Source: Blastocystis sp. Blastoise (taxonomy: Eukaryota > Protista > Bigyra: Opalinata). From it: DNA of 64,000 nt. Shown in pieces: positions 35,188-56,369 of the stretch. Within the stretch, counting starts at the first letter, position 1; every line of letters begins with the position of its first letter. The notes under the pieces were generated by a model, which worked only from the letters and a program-made list of their open reading frames with translations, ran no database searches and was not told where the DNA came from. Both the position numbers and the translations under genes were made by a program. The DNA is taken from the NCBI GenBank assembly GCA_039096225.1, contig JBBPEB010000009.1, forward strand, positions 930,001 through 994,000. Reading direction: 5' to 3'.

Positions 35188-36627
35188 GATAGTAGTGGAA
35201 GCAATTATATGAATTTATTCCGTTCCCTCCAAAATGATGGCGGGATATATATTTGTGAAACGAAGAATGTCACAGAGGCCAAGTATATTCTATATATATA
35301 ATAATAATAATAACAACTATTCTATATATATAGAATAAAAATAGCCTTAAAACGTCTTATTTCCTTTTATCCCCGCGGGGATCAGTCTACTTTATCTTCA
35401 AGTATCCCTTCAATTTGTACTGATTGTAACGGCAATCTGAGGAGTGCTGCAAATATGCTTTATTTGAATTATATTCACGGGGGAACACAACTGTATATTG
35501 ATTTATTATTTTCTATATATATTATTATATATATTATTTCTAATATATTTTAAATTATATATATATATATAGAGGTGCTACTGATTCTTCATATACAGCT
35601 GTTCATATATATGGAAAGATTTTACATATTAAATCCGATTTACCGCGGGAATCCGTGTCTTTATCTCCCGATTTATTAGCTTCTATCGATATTACAACTG
35701 CTATATCTTGGATTTCTACGAATATTCCTTTTTTCTCTAGTGATATTGACGATATTTCCGCGGTTATGGAGGATTTATCGATGATTGATTGTCTGTCACA
35801 TGAAAATGGAAAATCGAATTCGTCATCGAAAACTATTTGTGAATTAGAGCGGTTTATTTGTGTAAATACATGCTATAGAAATAATAAGTATATATATGAA
35901 TTGTCTTTATTATATTTTATATATGTTATTCTATATATAACTATTTTATTCAAATTTATTGTCTAATTATATTCTTATATATTTAGTTATATATAATATA
36001 TAGATTCTATTCTTATATATATATAGTCATTATATTCGTGGATATCGCCCTCTCGTGTCTCCTTCATCATATATCTATTCTTCTTCAAATAACCGCGGGA
36101 ATAAAGCATATTCAAAGTCATTGACTGGAAGAGATAAACAAGGCACGTGGAATGCGTTATGCTCCATGTGCGAATATATATTGAAACACAATCAAACGAT
36201 TTCTTTATGTATATATATATATATTATTTCATTAACTATATATATACATATATATTATTATAGTATCATTATTTCTTCTATAATTCTATATATATAGATA
36301 GTAATACGACTCCAAAATTATTAACATTATATATTTTACCGTCTTTATTCAATTCTATAAAGTATATATATATTATGTTATATATATATATTATGTTATA
36401 TATATATATTATGTTATATATATATATTATGTTATATATATATATTATGTTATATATATATATATTATGTTATATATATATATATATATATTATGTTATA
36501 TATATATATATATATATATAGTTTCACTTCTCGGCAGTATCTTTTGGAGCGATATAAAGATATATATATAGATCCATATATATATATGGATAATGAATTT
36601 GAAGAAGATCCAATTGAAGAAGATTAA
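33324..36627 (+). CDS. RAD17: Cell-cycle checkpoint clamp loader RAD17
   Basis: [18 protein letters not shown]-loop [33 protein letters not shown], acidic tail EEDPIEED*. Confidence 0.82.
34211..34288 (+). repeat. Intron composed only of G(TA)38G
   Basis: Read directly from the sequence; flanking RAD17 exons join in frame. Confidence 0.85.
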
Positions 36628-36891
36628 TATATATATATATTTCTTTATCAATTATCAATTTTTATGTGTTATTATTGCGTATTGCTATTTTATTTTGATT
36701 TGATTATTTTTCACGTTTTCTTCAATTAATAAATATTAAAGAATAGTTAGTATTTTTGTTCAAGTATATTTATAAAGATAGACAGGAGTATATAAAATAG
36801 TATATATGAACCAAAACTACAATAAACAAATGACAAATTTAAAAACAAATAAAGAAAGACAAGAATAAAAACTGTTATAGTTTAATAGTAT

Positions 36892-37224
36892 TTAAAAACA
36901 TTTATTTAATTTTACTTTATAAATAACTTTCGAATCTTTAGGTATATTAGGATGTTGAGAATGTAAATCAGAAATAACCGCGGGATGAAGTACAACTTTA
37001 CGTTCACCTCCTTCTTTCATAGCTATATACATGAATTAATAATAATTGTTAAATATATTTTTATACAGAATAAAAAGATAATAATAAATGTTATATATAT
37101 ATATATATACATTGAACTGTTTTATCAAGAAGATCGTTGATCTCTTTAATACCGACGCGATACTTATAATTCTGTCCTTCTGATTGTTCAACAAGAGTGC
37201 CATCGGGGAGGGTACAAGAATAAC

Positions 37225-37315
<91 letters not shown>

Positions 37316-37483
37316 TATATATATACTCTATTTGAACGAGATGTCCAAAAGCAGGTTTCTTTCCCTTACCAATAGTAATATCTTTATATGTACAATTCTT
37401 ATTAATCATACGAACTGGCTAAAGAAAATGAATAAATAGAATTATATATAATAATAATAATAAAGATAATAATAGTATCTCAG

Positions 37484-37546
<63 letters not shown>

Positions 37547-38638
37547 TACGAATTCAGTTGCTTCTTTTTTCTTTTGAAGAAATTTTAGATGTACTATATA
37601 ATAATAAATATATTAACTATAATAATAATAATAATATATACATTTATCTTCTTTCATTAATTTCTTTTGTTTTCTACTCATGGCTTTGTCTTCTTTTGAT
37701 TTGGTCTCTTTATTCGCGGGAATTGAGGTTTCTGTTTTTGTTTCAGGGACAACAGTTTGAATATCTACTTTTTGTTCAGCAATAACTTCATTCTTATTAT
37801 CTTTAATTTCTTTAACTATTGTTTCCTTCTTTTCTATTATTTGAGTAGTATTCTTATTATTAGGTTTCACTTCTTCTTCTTCTTTTTCTTCTTCATCTTT
37901 TATTTCTTCAACAATTACACTACTTTTAGGTGAAACATCCTCTTCTTCTTCTTCTTCTTCTATTTCATCATCATCATCATATTCATCATCATCATCCATA
38001 TTACTAAATATATCATTAAACATATTATCTTCATCTTCAAATTCATCATCATCATCTATTTCTTCTTCTTCTTCAAATTCATCATCATCATCTATTTCTT
38101 CATCTTCAAATTCATCCATTCCATCTTTATCTATCTCAATATCATCTTTCTTTTTATTATCTTTTTTATTATTATTCTTCTTATTCACTTCAACTACTTG
38201 GTCATTTTCTCCATCTTCTTCTTCTTCTCCTTCCATATCTTCTTCATCATCATTTAAATCAATAGAAATTTGACCTAAAATTATTTATAAAGTATATAAA
38301 AATAAAAATAATAATAAAAACAACAAATAATTATACTATCATAAAAAAAAAAACATACCAGTGACATCAATACTATTTTCTCCTTCAACTAAGAAAAATA
38401 TAGCTTCTTCAGAAGGATAAACAGTCATATCAAGAGTAATTTGGGGTGTTTCCTTGCTTAAAATACATAAGGAATACTCATTATTACCCATAGCAATCTT
38501 CAATGTGGTAATACCTTTGATAGGACCAATAAGAGCAGCATTGCTGACATGAATTTCACAAGACTTCATATCTAATTCAATAGCACTATTGGCAGCTAAA
38601 TGTAAGCCCCAGAATCTTCTTTCTAAATTTTCTTCCAT
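36892..38638 (-). CDS. Nucleoplasmin-like domain + acidic region + C-terminal FKBP domain (Fpr3/FKBP53-type histone chaperone)
   Basis: N-terminal FWGL..HVSNAAL..LCILS..QITLD; long D/E tract; C-terminal DITIGKGKKP..MKEGGERKVVLHP..IPKDSKVIYKVKL. The FKBP active site looks degenerate. Confidence 0.85.
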
Positions 38639-39183
38639 GTTATAAAAAGAGTGGCAATGAGAATAACAAAATAAAAAGTTTATATTAACTTGGATGAAAA
38701 TTGTTGTCAGATAAATTTCTGGATTGTTCTAAAAATGGAAATAACCAAGAGTATTTCTCGAAATAAGGTAAGGATACTATTAAAACCAGAATTTATTTTC
38801 TTAGAAGTATTTGTCCTATTAATTCTTAATAATAAAGCTATTTAAGGTTATTCTATATGAACATAAATAGATCTATATTGAATTTATATAATAAAAATAG
38901 TTAATATAGAAAATTATGATATAATTATTATTTTAAAAAGATAATCAACTAGTTTTATATGTCTGACTTTTAAAAATCATGCATATATACGGTTCTCATT
39001 GATAAATAAAATGGAATGAATAAAATAAAGACAATTAATTGTAATTGACTTTTTTTGTGATAAACTAAAGAATGAACAAAGTGAATAGTCTAAAATATTA
39101 AACAATAAATAAAGAATAATTAATTATAATATGAAATCTAAACCAAGAAAACAAACGAATAGAGAATTAGATCTTTATTGCTT

Positions 39184-40631
39184 TTACATAGAAGGAGCTA
39201 AACCAAGAGAGGCAAAACTATATATATATGTAGATAATAGTATTTAAAAAATAATAATATAGTAAATAAAATATACTTTTCTTGCATAGAAGAATTGAGT
39301 TTTTGCATTCCTTCAGCGAATTCAGGTGATTGACCATAATTAGCAATTGCAATTTGGAAGATCTATAAGAAATAGTATTATTAAGTTATGTAAATATATA
39401 TAATAATAAAAAAATAAATAAATAAAATAAATAAATAAAATAAAAAAAATAATAATAATAATTACTTACAGTCTTATCAACTCCATATTTACTAAAGACA
39501 CTATCTCTAGCTTCTTCAGTTTTCTTAGAGAAATTTTGAAGAATAGTAACTTGAGCATTTTCATCCGTTTCAAGAAGATGTTTAGCTTCATCCATACCGG
39601 CAAGATTATTTTCTTTAATATATTCATCAAGGGAATCCTTTAAACAAGTAAAACTAAGTTGATTTACAGCTTCAAAGACTTTAAGAGTCTTCTCAATTGT
39701 CATATCAGCAGGAAGAAGTTCTTCAACATTATCAGGTTCAACGCCAGTAAATAAAGAAGCAACAACACGAAGAGGGAATACAGCACGCTTAAAATCAATA
39801 TCATCATTTAATAATTTAGAATTCTTAACAACTTCTTCTTCAGTAGTCTTATATTTAGTATAAACCTATAAAATATATAATATTAATATGATTATTATTT
39901 ATATATTTATTTGTTAATAAAAATAAAGTCAAAAATAAAAAATAAATAAAAATAAATAAAAATAAATAAAAAAAAATAAATAAAAAATAAATAAATACTT
40001 GAGTTTCAATTTCAGCAAGACTACTTTGGAATTGTTGAGATAAGATTTGAATGGCTAATTCATTATTACCGCCAACAGTAGCAGCAATTTGAGCTTGATT
40101 TTGACCAATAGCTTGCTATAATAATAATAATAATATAGAATAATAAATATAATAATATATAATAAATATATATACAGCAAGAGTTTCAGCATTATCACCG
40201 ATTTCCTTGAAAATAGCAATCATAGTTTCCTTAGGAACAGCTATATATATATGAATAATAAAGAATATTTAAAAAAAAAAATAGTGAGATTTAACTTTTT
40301 TTCTTCGGTCTTAGGTATACATATATACAAAAGTTATAAAAAAAAATAAATGAGAAACAATAAATAACGACTTAGGGGTTTCCTTAGCAACTTTAGCAGT
40401 TTCTTCAGCAGCAGAAGAAGTAGCAGTTTCTTCAACAGTAGCCTTAGTATCAACTACAGTTTCAGGAGCAGCAGCAACTTCAGAAGTAGCAGCAGCAACT
40501 TGATTGTTTTCGTCCTTCTTTTCTTCAGAAACAGATTTCTTAGAGAAATGCTTGTATATGAAATAAGAAGCAATAGAGGCGGCGGCAACACTTCCGACGA
40601 TGATGAGAGACTTCTTTTGATTATTATTCAT
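39184..40631 (-). CDS. Hypothetical protein with an N-terminal signal-anchor TM
   Basis: MNNNQKKSLIIVGSVAAASIASYFIYKHFSKK, Ala/Glu/Thr linker, helical body. In-frame GT-AG exons end ..GLAPSM*. Confidence 0.75.
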
Positions 40632-41469
40632 TCTATAGGAATTATGTAGTTTACAGACAGCTTATGAAAAACATAGCAAAAGACATACTTTATGAAAAAG
40701 AAAGAGCAAAGTTGTAGATAGAAAAATGTCAAAAAAATTTCTTTTTTTCGATATTCAAGTCCATTCGTTTCCCCATATACAGAAAATGTGGCATGTTTAA
40801 GGGTTTTGTTATTTCTCTTTTTTATTGAATAACCACGGGAAATCATGTTTAGGTTACACAAATATTATGTTTTATCTGGATTATTTTTTCAAATAGTTTT
40901 TAAAATAGTTTTTTGTACCTTTTATTGAAATGTGATGATCATTTTAGTTTATTTGAACAGTAATTAGTGATATTTATGTAGGAAAAGATTAAAATCACTT
41001 TTGTAAGACATAATTGGCTCAATTGTGTGCTTTTGAATGTGTATAATAAAGTTTAATGTACTTGTAGTGATTTGAACTTATTCAGAAACGATGAATGCGA
41101 ATATTATTTTTGATAATAATAAGAGAATCAAAATAAATTAAAGAAAAATGTGAATATGAACAAAGTACTAAACTAGTTTAATTAGAAGTATTCAAGAGAA
41201 TATAAATATTTATAAAAAGAGTAAAAGTTTAAATAATAACCATATATAGATATATATAAAGCTCATGGACATATACTATACATTCTCGAGCTATTTAAGC
41301 AAAAACTAATACCAACAAAGAGAAGATTAAGAAAGAAAAATAGAAAATAATTCTATTGATATTCAAATATTAAAAAGTCAATAATATTTAAAAAATATTT
41401 AAAAAAAAAGGATACAACAATAATAAAAAAAAAGGGAAAAGATTAAAATATATATATATTCAATAAGAA

Positions 41470-43027
41470 TTATTGTGAATTTGAAGTATTATTGTTTGTA
41501 TCAATAACAATAGCATCATTATTTGGAATACTATGATTATCAGGTGTAGGTATGTTACTCATAGGTTCTGAAGGTGTATTGAGATTAATAGTATCATTTG
41601 AAATAATAGTTTCGTTAATAGCTAACTTATTCTCTTCTTTATTAGAAGTAGTAGATTCTTTGATTTCTTCTATTTTTTCATCTTGAGAAGAAGTTTCTTT
41701 TATTTGTTCAATCACTTTAGACGATACAGGAACAATCATTTGTTTACGAGCCTTCACCTAGAGGATAGTGTATACATAATAAGAGTATAGGAAATATAAC
41801 ATTAATAATATATATAGAATAAGTGATGAAAGTAATAAAAATAATAAAAATAATAATTAATGAAAAAAAAAAAAAAAAAAAAAAAAATTAACAAATAAAA
41901 TAAAAATAAAATAATAAAAAAAAATAATGAATAAATAAAATAAATAAAATAAACATAAAATATACTCTTTTTCTCCAGTCGACAAAGAAGTAGCTAGGAA
42001 TAGACCAACAAACAACAGAAGCAATAAACCCAATAATCATACTCCAAGCGATATCTAAATGAGCATATACATACAAACACGCAGTGACATAAACATATAT
42101 ATGACCACTATAGAAGATTTATATAAATAAAATAATATAAATAAAAAATATAAATAAAATAATATAAATAAAATAATATAAATAAAATAATATAAATAAA
42201 ATAATATAAATAATGTAAAAAAATATAAAATAAAAATACATAATAAAAACATAATAAAAACAAAATAAATAAAAACAAATAAAAAAAATAATAAAAACCT
42301 ACCTAGGTGTACCAATAATAAGTGGTGAGACAGCACCAGCAGTAACACTATCATCTTGAGCAATAGAAATAGTAACCATACTAATTAAGAACATAATAGG
42401 GAATCCACTAATTAAACCACCAATATCTGAAGGACCAAATGTTGATATCATTAAAGCACAAAAAATAACTATAGCTGTCATAGTACCTCTAAATAAATGC
42501 ATTTGAATAGAAGTCTTCTTTTTTCCTTTAGGTGTATCGATAGGAACCCAACAGAAGAAAACACCTTCAATAGCAACAAGGACTGTTAAAATAGGACTGA
42601 AAAAATAGACAGGAAATCCATTATTGACAACTACTTGTTGTAACCAAGTTAAGAAGAAACCTAATAACAACCAACAAGCAACACTTATAACAGAAACAAT
42701 AAATAATCTCCAACCTCTTTTCATACTTCGAGGCATTCTTGGAGGTAACCAAGCCCATAGGGGTAAGAAAATAAATGAACTACAACTAGCACCAAGAGGA
42801 AATCCAAAACATCCTGCAATTGCATCATATTCAGTTTTTGCTTCTGTAAGAAGGACATAAGATGCTGGTAAAATTGTAGAAGGGACTGTACCAAGAATCC
42901 CTCCAACTGCTCCACCAAATGCTTCAATACCAACACACACGGCAATAGCTACAATAAATGCAACACCACAAGAAAGACCAACTTTAAGCCAATTTATAGT
43001 GACTTCTACAGCCTCTTCAAATAACAT
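41470..43027 (-). CDS. Multi-pass membrane protein with internal duplication (DUF3147-like halves), paralog A
   Basis: GGAVGGILGTVP and IGGLISGFP motifs in the two halves, ~9-10 TMs, 3 exons. Clearly similar to 62484-63999. The family name is tentative. Confidence 0.8.
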
Positions 43028-44421
43028 CGTTGTCTCTATTTTTATAAGATTAAGTAATAGAAATATAATTTTAATATATGAATATAAATCCGTTTTTATT
43101 TGGTGTTTTCCTAAGGAATGGCTACAAAATGTTGTCTGATTGAATGGTTGTCATTCAGGGTGTGCCAAAACTGCGCTTTAAGCGCAAAGTGCGCTTTTCG
43201 ATGTTGTTTTTGCGCTTAAATCTTTTATTTCATTTTTCTTTTAATTTTTATAAATCTACATAGAATAAAACGTTTAATAATTTTTAGAGGATCGAGATAA
43301 GCTCAATAATGATGTTTTTGACATTTTACACGAGGTTTGTGTTTGTTGATGTAATTTGATTTGTTGTTGAATAAATAATAACCTTACACATATTATAATT
43401 AGAGAGCAAATTGAATTTTTTAGCATTTTTAGAATGTTAATCATGTAGTTATAATGATTGATTGTCTTTAAGTATTTAACAATTAGGAAAAAAGCGTGAT
43501 TATGTGTAGATCTTAATAATATAGTAGTAGTAGAATCATAATAGCAATACATGCTTCAAATTTTTACAAAACTTTGAATTCTTTTAAATTGGCTAAATAC
43601 TGATTATTAGTGGTCAAAAAATTTTCAAACTCAGCTCATCAAGACGCATTAATTTACACACTTTTCATGAAAAAAAGACCGGGTGACATAAAAAAGTAAT
43701 TCATTCATTGACTATTATACTATGACATGACAGTTTTTAACTTAAAACATATTATTTTGATATATAATGTATAAATGTTTTGAAATAAGTCATCTAAGAA
43801 GATTTTTGTGACACATGTTGTGACAGATACATGACTTAAAAGTTCATAAGTCATCAAATAACAACAAGTATGATTCCTATATTTGACTATTTGTGTTAAT
43901 TTGGGTGACAAATAAAAATTATTTTGTGACAAAAGTCAATTGCTTAAGATATTCTTTTGTATATTATTTTAAAGACTTTTATTTATGTTTATAATGAAAA
44001 ATAATGTCAATAAATACTAAAAAATATTATAAAAAATAATAATGTAATTAAAAAGTTTTTATTTTTATAAAATATCATGAAGTAGTCTTGTAGGGACTGT
44101 ACAGATACATCCTGACAAGTAATAAAAATTAAATAAACGAAAAGCATATTAAAATATTATTTTTCAAAAATCAAACAAAAAACAATACAATGAACAAAAG
44201 CTGGATTTGAAAAAACAATACGTCCAACAAAATGATTTTTAATAGCCTTATAAAATGGTTTTAAAATGTATTTTATATGTAGAATAAGTCACACAACACA
44301 TTTATAATATTTATATTATAAAATATATTGTTTTTATGTTTAAAAATAAAAAAATAAAAAAACGGTTAGTAGTCACTAGCTTTGCAATTATTATATGACT
44401 TGATGAAAAATATTATAAGGG

Positions 44422-44500
44422 AGTTGTTTGGTCAAATGGTCAGTGCGTATAAAATTTTTACATAGTGGACGGATCGAATCTTACGAGGAACTATTTTTTT
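44422..44500 (+). ncRNA. Degenerate tRNA-like Pol III unit 1
   Basis: A-box TGGTCAAATGG, B-box-like GGATCGAATC, partial acceptor stem, T7 run immediately downstream. Confidence 0.45.
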
Positions 44501-44788
44501 AAACTTTTTCTTTTGACTGCTATTTACAATGATTTTATTTAAAATCAACTTTGTTTCATTTTTATTATCTGTAAACATTATTTACATCATTGATATCTGC
44601 TTTTTAGTTTAGAATCAACATATCAACAAACTTTTTTTTCAAAAAATAGTAATTATTGTTTAAAAACAATTCTAAGTATTTCTAGAATGTTATAAATGTA
44701 ATAAAAGAGCATAAATATAATATTTGAAGATATCAAATAATTTTAAACTTATTATATAGAACACATGAAAAAATAAAATTGAGAAATC

Positions 44789-44862
44789 GGTTGGTATAGT
44801 TGACCAGCGCTGTAGCTATTATGGTAATTGTCGCTGGATCGAATCTCGCAAGAGGCATTTTT
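44789..44862 (+). ncRNA. Degenerate tRNA-like Pol III unit 2
   Basis: A-box-like TGGTATAGTTG, B-box-like GGATCGAATC, T5 run downstream. Confidence 0.4.
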
Positions 44863-44969
44863 ATTTTTATTTCTTGGAAAAACATCTTTTTATGAAACTT
44901 GTTCTTTTATATATTTATTTTGATTATCTCTTGATACGATCATTTATTTTGGTTTAATTTAATTAACTT

Positions 44970-51880
<6,911 letters not shown>

Positions 51881-52699
51881 CTGATATATATATATATATA
51901 TGTATATATTTTTTATTGTTATTTTATTATTCTTTCATATATATATATACATATTAAATGAAACTGGGTTGAATATAGGTATCAAGAAGTACCTAAATGT
52001 GATTAAAAAGTTGAATAGTTTCTTTTCTTCTGTCTTTTGTATATTAATGCTTAAAGTAATTATTTCATTGCTTCGTTTAGTTTGAATATGTTTGATGGCT
52101 TATATCAAATAAATGATAGCTTTATTTGCTCATTTATAAAGACATTTTTTTGTATTTAGGTTAACTTTGTCAAAAATATTATGATTTATGGCCATGTATA
52201 CAAATAAGGTGAAAAGCCTTTCATTCAGTCTGATGACAAAACTCATGAGTATCATATTTTGTTACAAAAAACTTCCTTATGTGTTTGATAAATTCAGCAG
52301 AATTAAGCATGGCTGAAAAAGTGTCACAAAATTTGGTGGCAAGTGTCACCAAAGTCAGGAAAGGACTGACTATTTGATTATTTTTAAAACTTCAGTCATT
52401 CTTTAAAAATTTCAATGATAATTTCATTCTTTTGTTAAAGATTCAAATCAGAATAAGATTATTGCCTATAATATTTTTTCAAACTTGCTTTCTATCTGCT
52501 TTCTGAACTAATAATGGTTTATCATTAAGATTCATATTGGTTTTTGTTGCATTGTGAACTCCTCTTAAATACTAGTCAATATCTACTACATGATGATTTC
52601 CCATTGTTTGTTGATTGCTTTGTTACGTACTTGCTCGTTATGATCAGTGTTCAATACACATATCTTACAATGTGCTACGTGATGGATACTTATCAGTTA

Positions 52700-55600
52700 C
52701 TTATTCTTGGAATGATTACTTGCAATGTATAATTTTATGAATATTTACAGTTTGTTGCCTTCCATTTATTATTTACATCTGATTTGGTTACTCACCAAAC
52801 TTCCTTACTTCTCTTCTTGAATTAGTATACTCATTTTCTTTTTGTAACTTTGCGATTAATGAGATCTTTATTTATGTTGTTTGTATGTTTGATTTTATTC
52901 GACTAATGTGCTTTTGATTGCTTGTTCTACTTTATAAGTGCTAATTATTTTGTTTTTGTTTTTTATTTTTCTGATACTTCCTTTTTTCATACTGTATTAT
53001 AATGGTATTTATATATAACGATGACATTTTCTTATAGATTTACTTATTATGAATTTTCTTATTCTTATTCTAGTATTTAATAAATACTTAAACACTTCAT
53101 CTCTGCGATTAATACTTACTATGGTTACTAACATACATAAGTTTCTACTGAAGATAGTAGCAGATTAGTAACAATTGATGTTTATTTCTTTTCATCCTTA
53201 AATCCTTTTGTCTATATTACAATATTATCATGTACTCTTATTCTATCAAGTTTACTATTATAAGTTTTTGAATGTTTTAGTATCTTATTGTGTAATTCTT
53301 TAATATGCTATTATACAGGAAAGTATCTATATGATATTTCTTTGTTGTAGTTTTCTGTATAAAATTTTTGAATTTCTTTTTATTCTTTGTATATATTTTC
53401 ATCTTGGTTAATTATTCTTCAACTTCTCTTCATGTTATCGTTAGTCTACTATTATATATTGAATTTTTAGTTATAAACCTTATCTTATTTCCTTATCTTA
53501 TTTCATCTTTTGTTCTTTTAAGGTATTATAGCATTACATTAATTGTATTAGTTTTCTGGTTTTTCAGTCTCTTCCTATCTTCTTCGTATGGTATCTTTAT
53601 ATTTATTAGACTCTTCATTTCTTCTGGTGCTTTTCAATTATTATGTGATCATTCGTAATACTTCACCTGCATGTTCTTTTCCCTTTATTAAAGAGTTTCT
53701 AGATGTGCTATTTTTATATTACTTTTATATTATCCTTAGTTGATATTCCTTTTTCTCCTATGATAGAATTCTTTATGTTCTTATGTTATTCTAATAGTCG
53801 TTTCATATTTCTCTATTAAACATACTATGAGATTTAATGACGATTTTCTTTTCCTTTAATAATTACAAATTCCTCACTATTATATATTATTATATATCTT
53901 AGTTTTATTATTCTAACAGATTTATTTTTATATTTGTTTCTATAATTGAAAACATACTCAATTAATTTATTTTCATATTTCATTCAAATATACTCTTCAT
54001 ATACATATTCATATCCTTCATTTATGGTTTTCTTCGTTTTCTCATGTTCTATATATTATCCCATGGTCTACTTATTTTTGTGCCTATTTTTAATCCTATA
54101 CTTCCTCATTATCTCTATTTCTTTATCCACTTTTCTTTTATTTCTAGTGCTTCTATTGTGTATATTGTGTGCTCATTATTAGACTTATTCATTTTAATAC
54201 TGCTTCATCATTATCTCTCTTCATATTCTTTAATGCTCATGTTTATTGTATTTCCTATTTACACAGTTATTATTTCAGAAGCATTTTCCATTTCTTGTCT
54301 AAATAATATGGGTTTGAATATTTTTATTAGTCCTATTTCTTACTATCGTTTTTTATAATTCTTCTCGTTCGTTTCCTTTCTTTTTCTTTCCAACAATTTC
54401 TCTCTTGGCACTACTCATCATGGATTTTAGTAATCAAAGTTAGGATTTGTTCTCATTGTTGTATTACTATTATCTATATACCACAAAAGATATTTTTATT
54501 ATTTCTCTTCATTCTAAGGTTTTGCTCTTTTTGTTACTTAAACATATTTATATGGCTACTCTTATTTATTATTATTGTGTACATTCTCTTCTTCTTATTT
54601 AATTTTTTATAAAAGCCTAGTATCTACACCTTCTATTCCTTCTATTCTTTCTCATTTCTAATTACTCTCATTTTCCAAAAATGATATAATTATATAATAG
54701 GATCTATGTCTCCATATTTCTTTCGTACTGTTATTTAATAAAATACTATCTCTATTTACTTTAAACCATTTCAACTCCCTTTAACTTATTATCTATATAC
54801 ATCTTACATTCATGCTGATATGAATACTATAATACTATTTGTATTTCTTCTATTTTGTTGAATACGGTTGAGGTAGTTCTCGAATTGTTTATTTTCTAAA
54901 TTTATTTTCATTTCTATTACTTTAGATATTATATCTTCTTAAGTGCATATGTACATAATTAATATGCTTATATATATTTACACCTGCTTTTTCCGTTATC
55001 AGCCGTTACTTCATATTATTTATACAATGTCTAACTATTATATACAATTTACTCCGTTTGTTCTTTTACTCATGATGATATAATATAGAAATCAACTTCT
55101 TATTACTTCTTATGGTTTATTTATTGTATTTCTATTTATAGATTTATATATATTTTTATACGAATATTGTTCTCTCTTCATGTTATTGTCTTTAAAAATA
55201 TACTAAAAATAATTATTATCGTCTCTTCTACTCATTTATCACTGCCGATTATAAATTCAGTTGATATATGCATTCTTCCTTCTTCTTAACTTCAAATTTT
55301 ATTTACAAGTTTTTAGTTATCTTCTTTATGATCTACATATATAAATATATTCTCATTAAGTCTATGTCAATCTTTCCAATAATTTTTCTTCTGATAATCT
55401 TTCAAATGCTAACCTTTATATAATATCATGAATCTTAATCTAATACTTATTTCATGCTATTATAATATAAAATCCACATTACTTTCTATTATATCATATA
55501 TTCTAATACTCTTTCGGATATATATAATCCCTCATATGATACTTAATATAGATATAACACATCTTGCTCTTTCCTTTTGAATTCATGTATAAATATAAAA

Positions 55601-55900
55601 TTGTTGGTGTAAACGATTTAAGATTCCACTTTATATATATGTTTTGGAAAATAGTATATTCTTTAGGAACCAATTGTTATCACTCTCTTTGTGATATTTG
55701 ATTGATAAGTCAGGTAAATGATTTTAGTAGTTATTTGGTTCTTTCTATTGATACATTATGATTGAAAATATATTTTGCTATTTATTTATATATTTAATCT
55801 TCTTGATTAGATATACTATTTGATTTAAGAAGAGTATACTTTATAGTTGTATATTATACTTTTGATTGAATAAAGATTCTTATTAGTATTGGATATTGTT
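52700..55900 (-). mobile_element. Heavily decayed Ty3/gypsy-like pol relic nested in the hAT
   Basis: Minus-strand remnants in RT-RNaseH-integrase order: LVPK (~55670), VDF..HEI (~55465), LAF (~55405), AYIN/FIIGS at the YxDD position (~55260), YQHECKMYIDNK (~54800), IHDE (~54420), RPWDNI (~54060). Many stops and frameshifts, no LTRs found, boundaries approximate. Confidence 0.5.
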
Positions 55901-56369
55901 TTAAAGTATTATACTAGAGAGATTAGTATATATGAAATAATTACTTCTAAAATAATATTTATTTTTCATATAAGTAATAATATTTCTCAGTTATTCGTTT
56001 GATCTGAATATAATAGTACTTGAAAAAGAATATAATTAGAAAAATAATTGAAATATAGATAAAAATTATTAAGGAATAGTGATTCTAATTAAGAAACTAT
56101 ATACTATTGATATAATCAAATATATAAAGGAATATTCAATGTCATCTATTTATAATTATATTTAAAAGATAACAGTATATCTTCTTGAGTTAATTAAAAC
56201 AATACAAATTATAATGTAACAATAAAACATTATGGAATACAAATAGTTAATATAATGAAAACAATATAAATATATAAATATTAATAGTAAAAGAAATCAA
56301 TGTACTTTGTAGTATAAATACAGTAATTAAGTAGTTGGATTAGATTAGTGATTTTGTTGCTAGATGTTA

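Noticed and set aside
36362-36521. Regularly spaced TTATGTTA units as a CRISPR-like array
   Set aside because: The spacers are (TA)n and the tract is an intronic minisatellite in RAD17.
52544-54358. Short hydrophobic + strand ORFs
   Set aside because: They are antisense shadows of the A-rich decayed retroelement on the minus strand.
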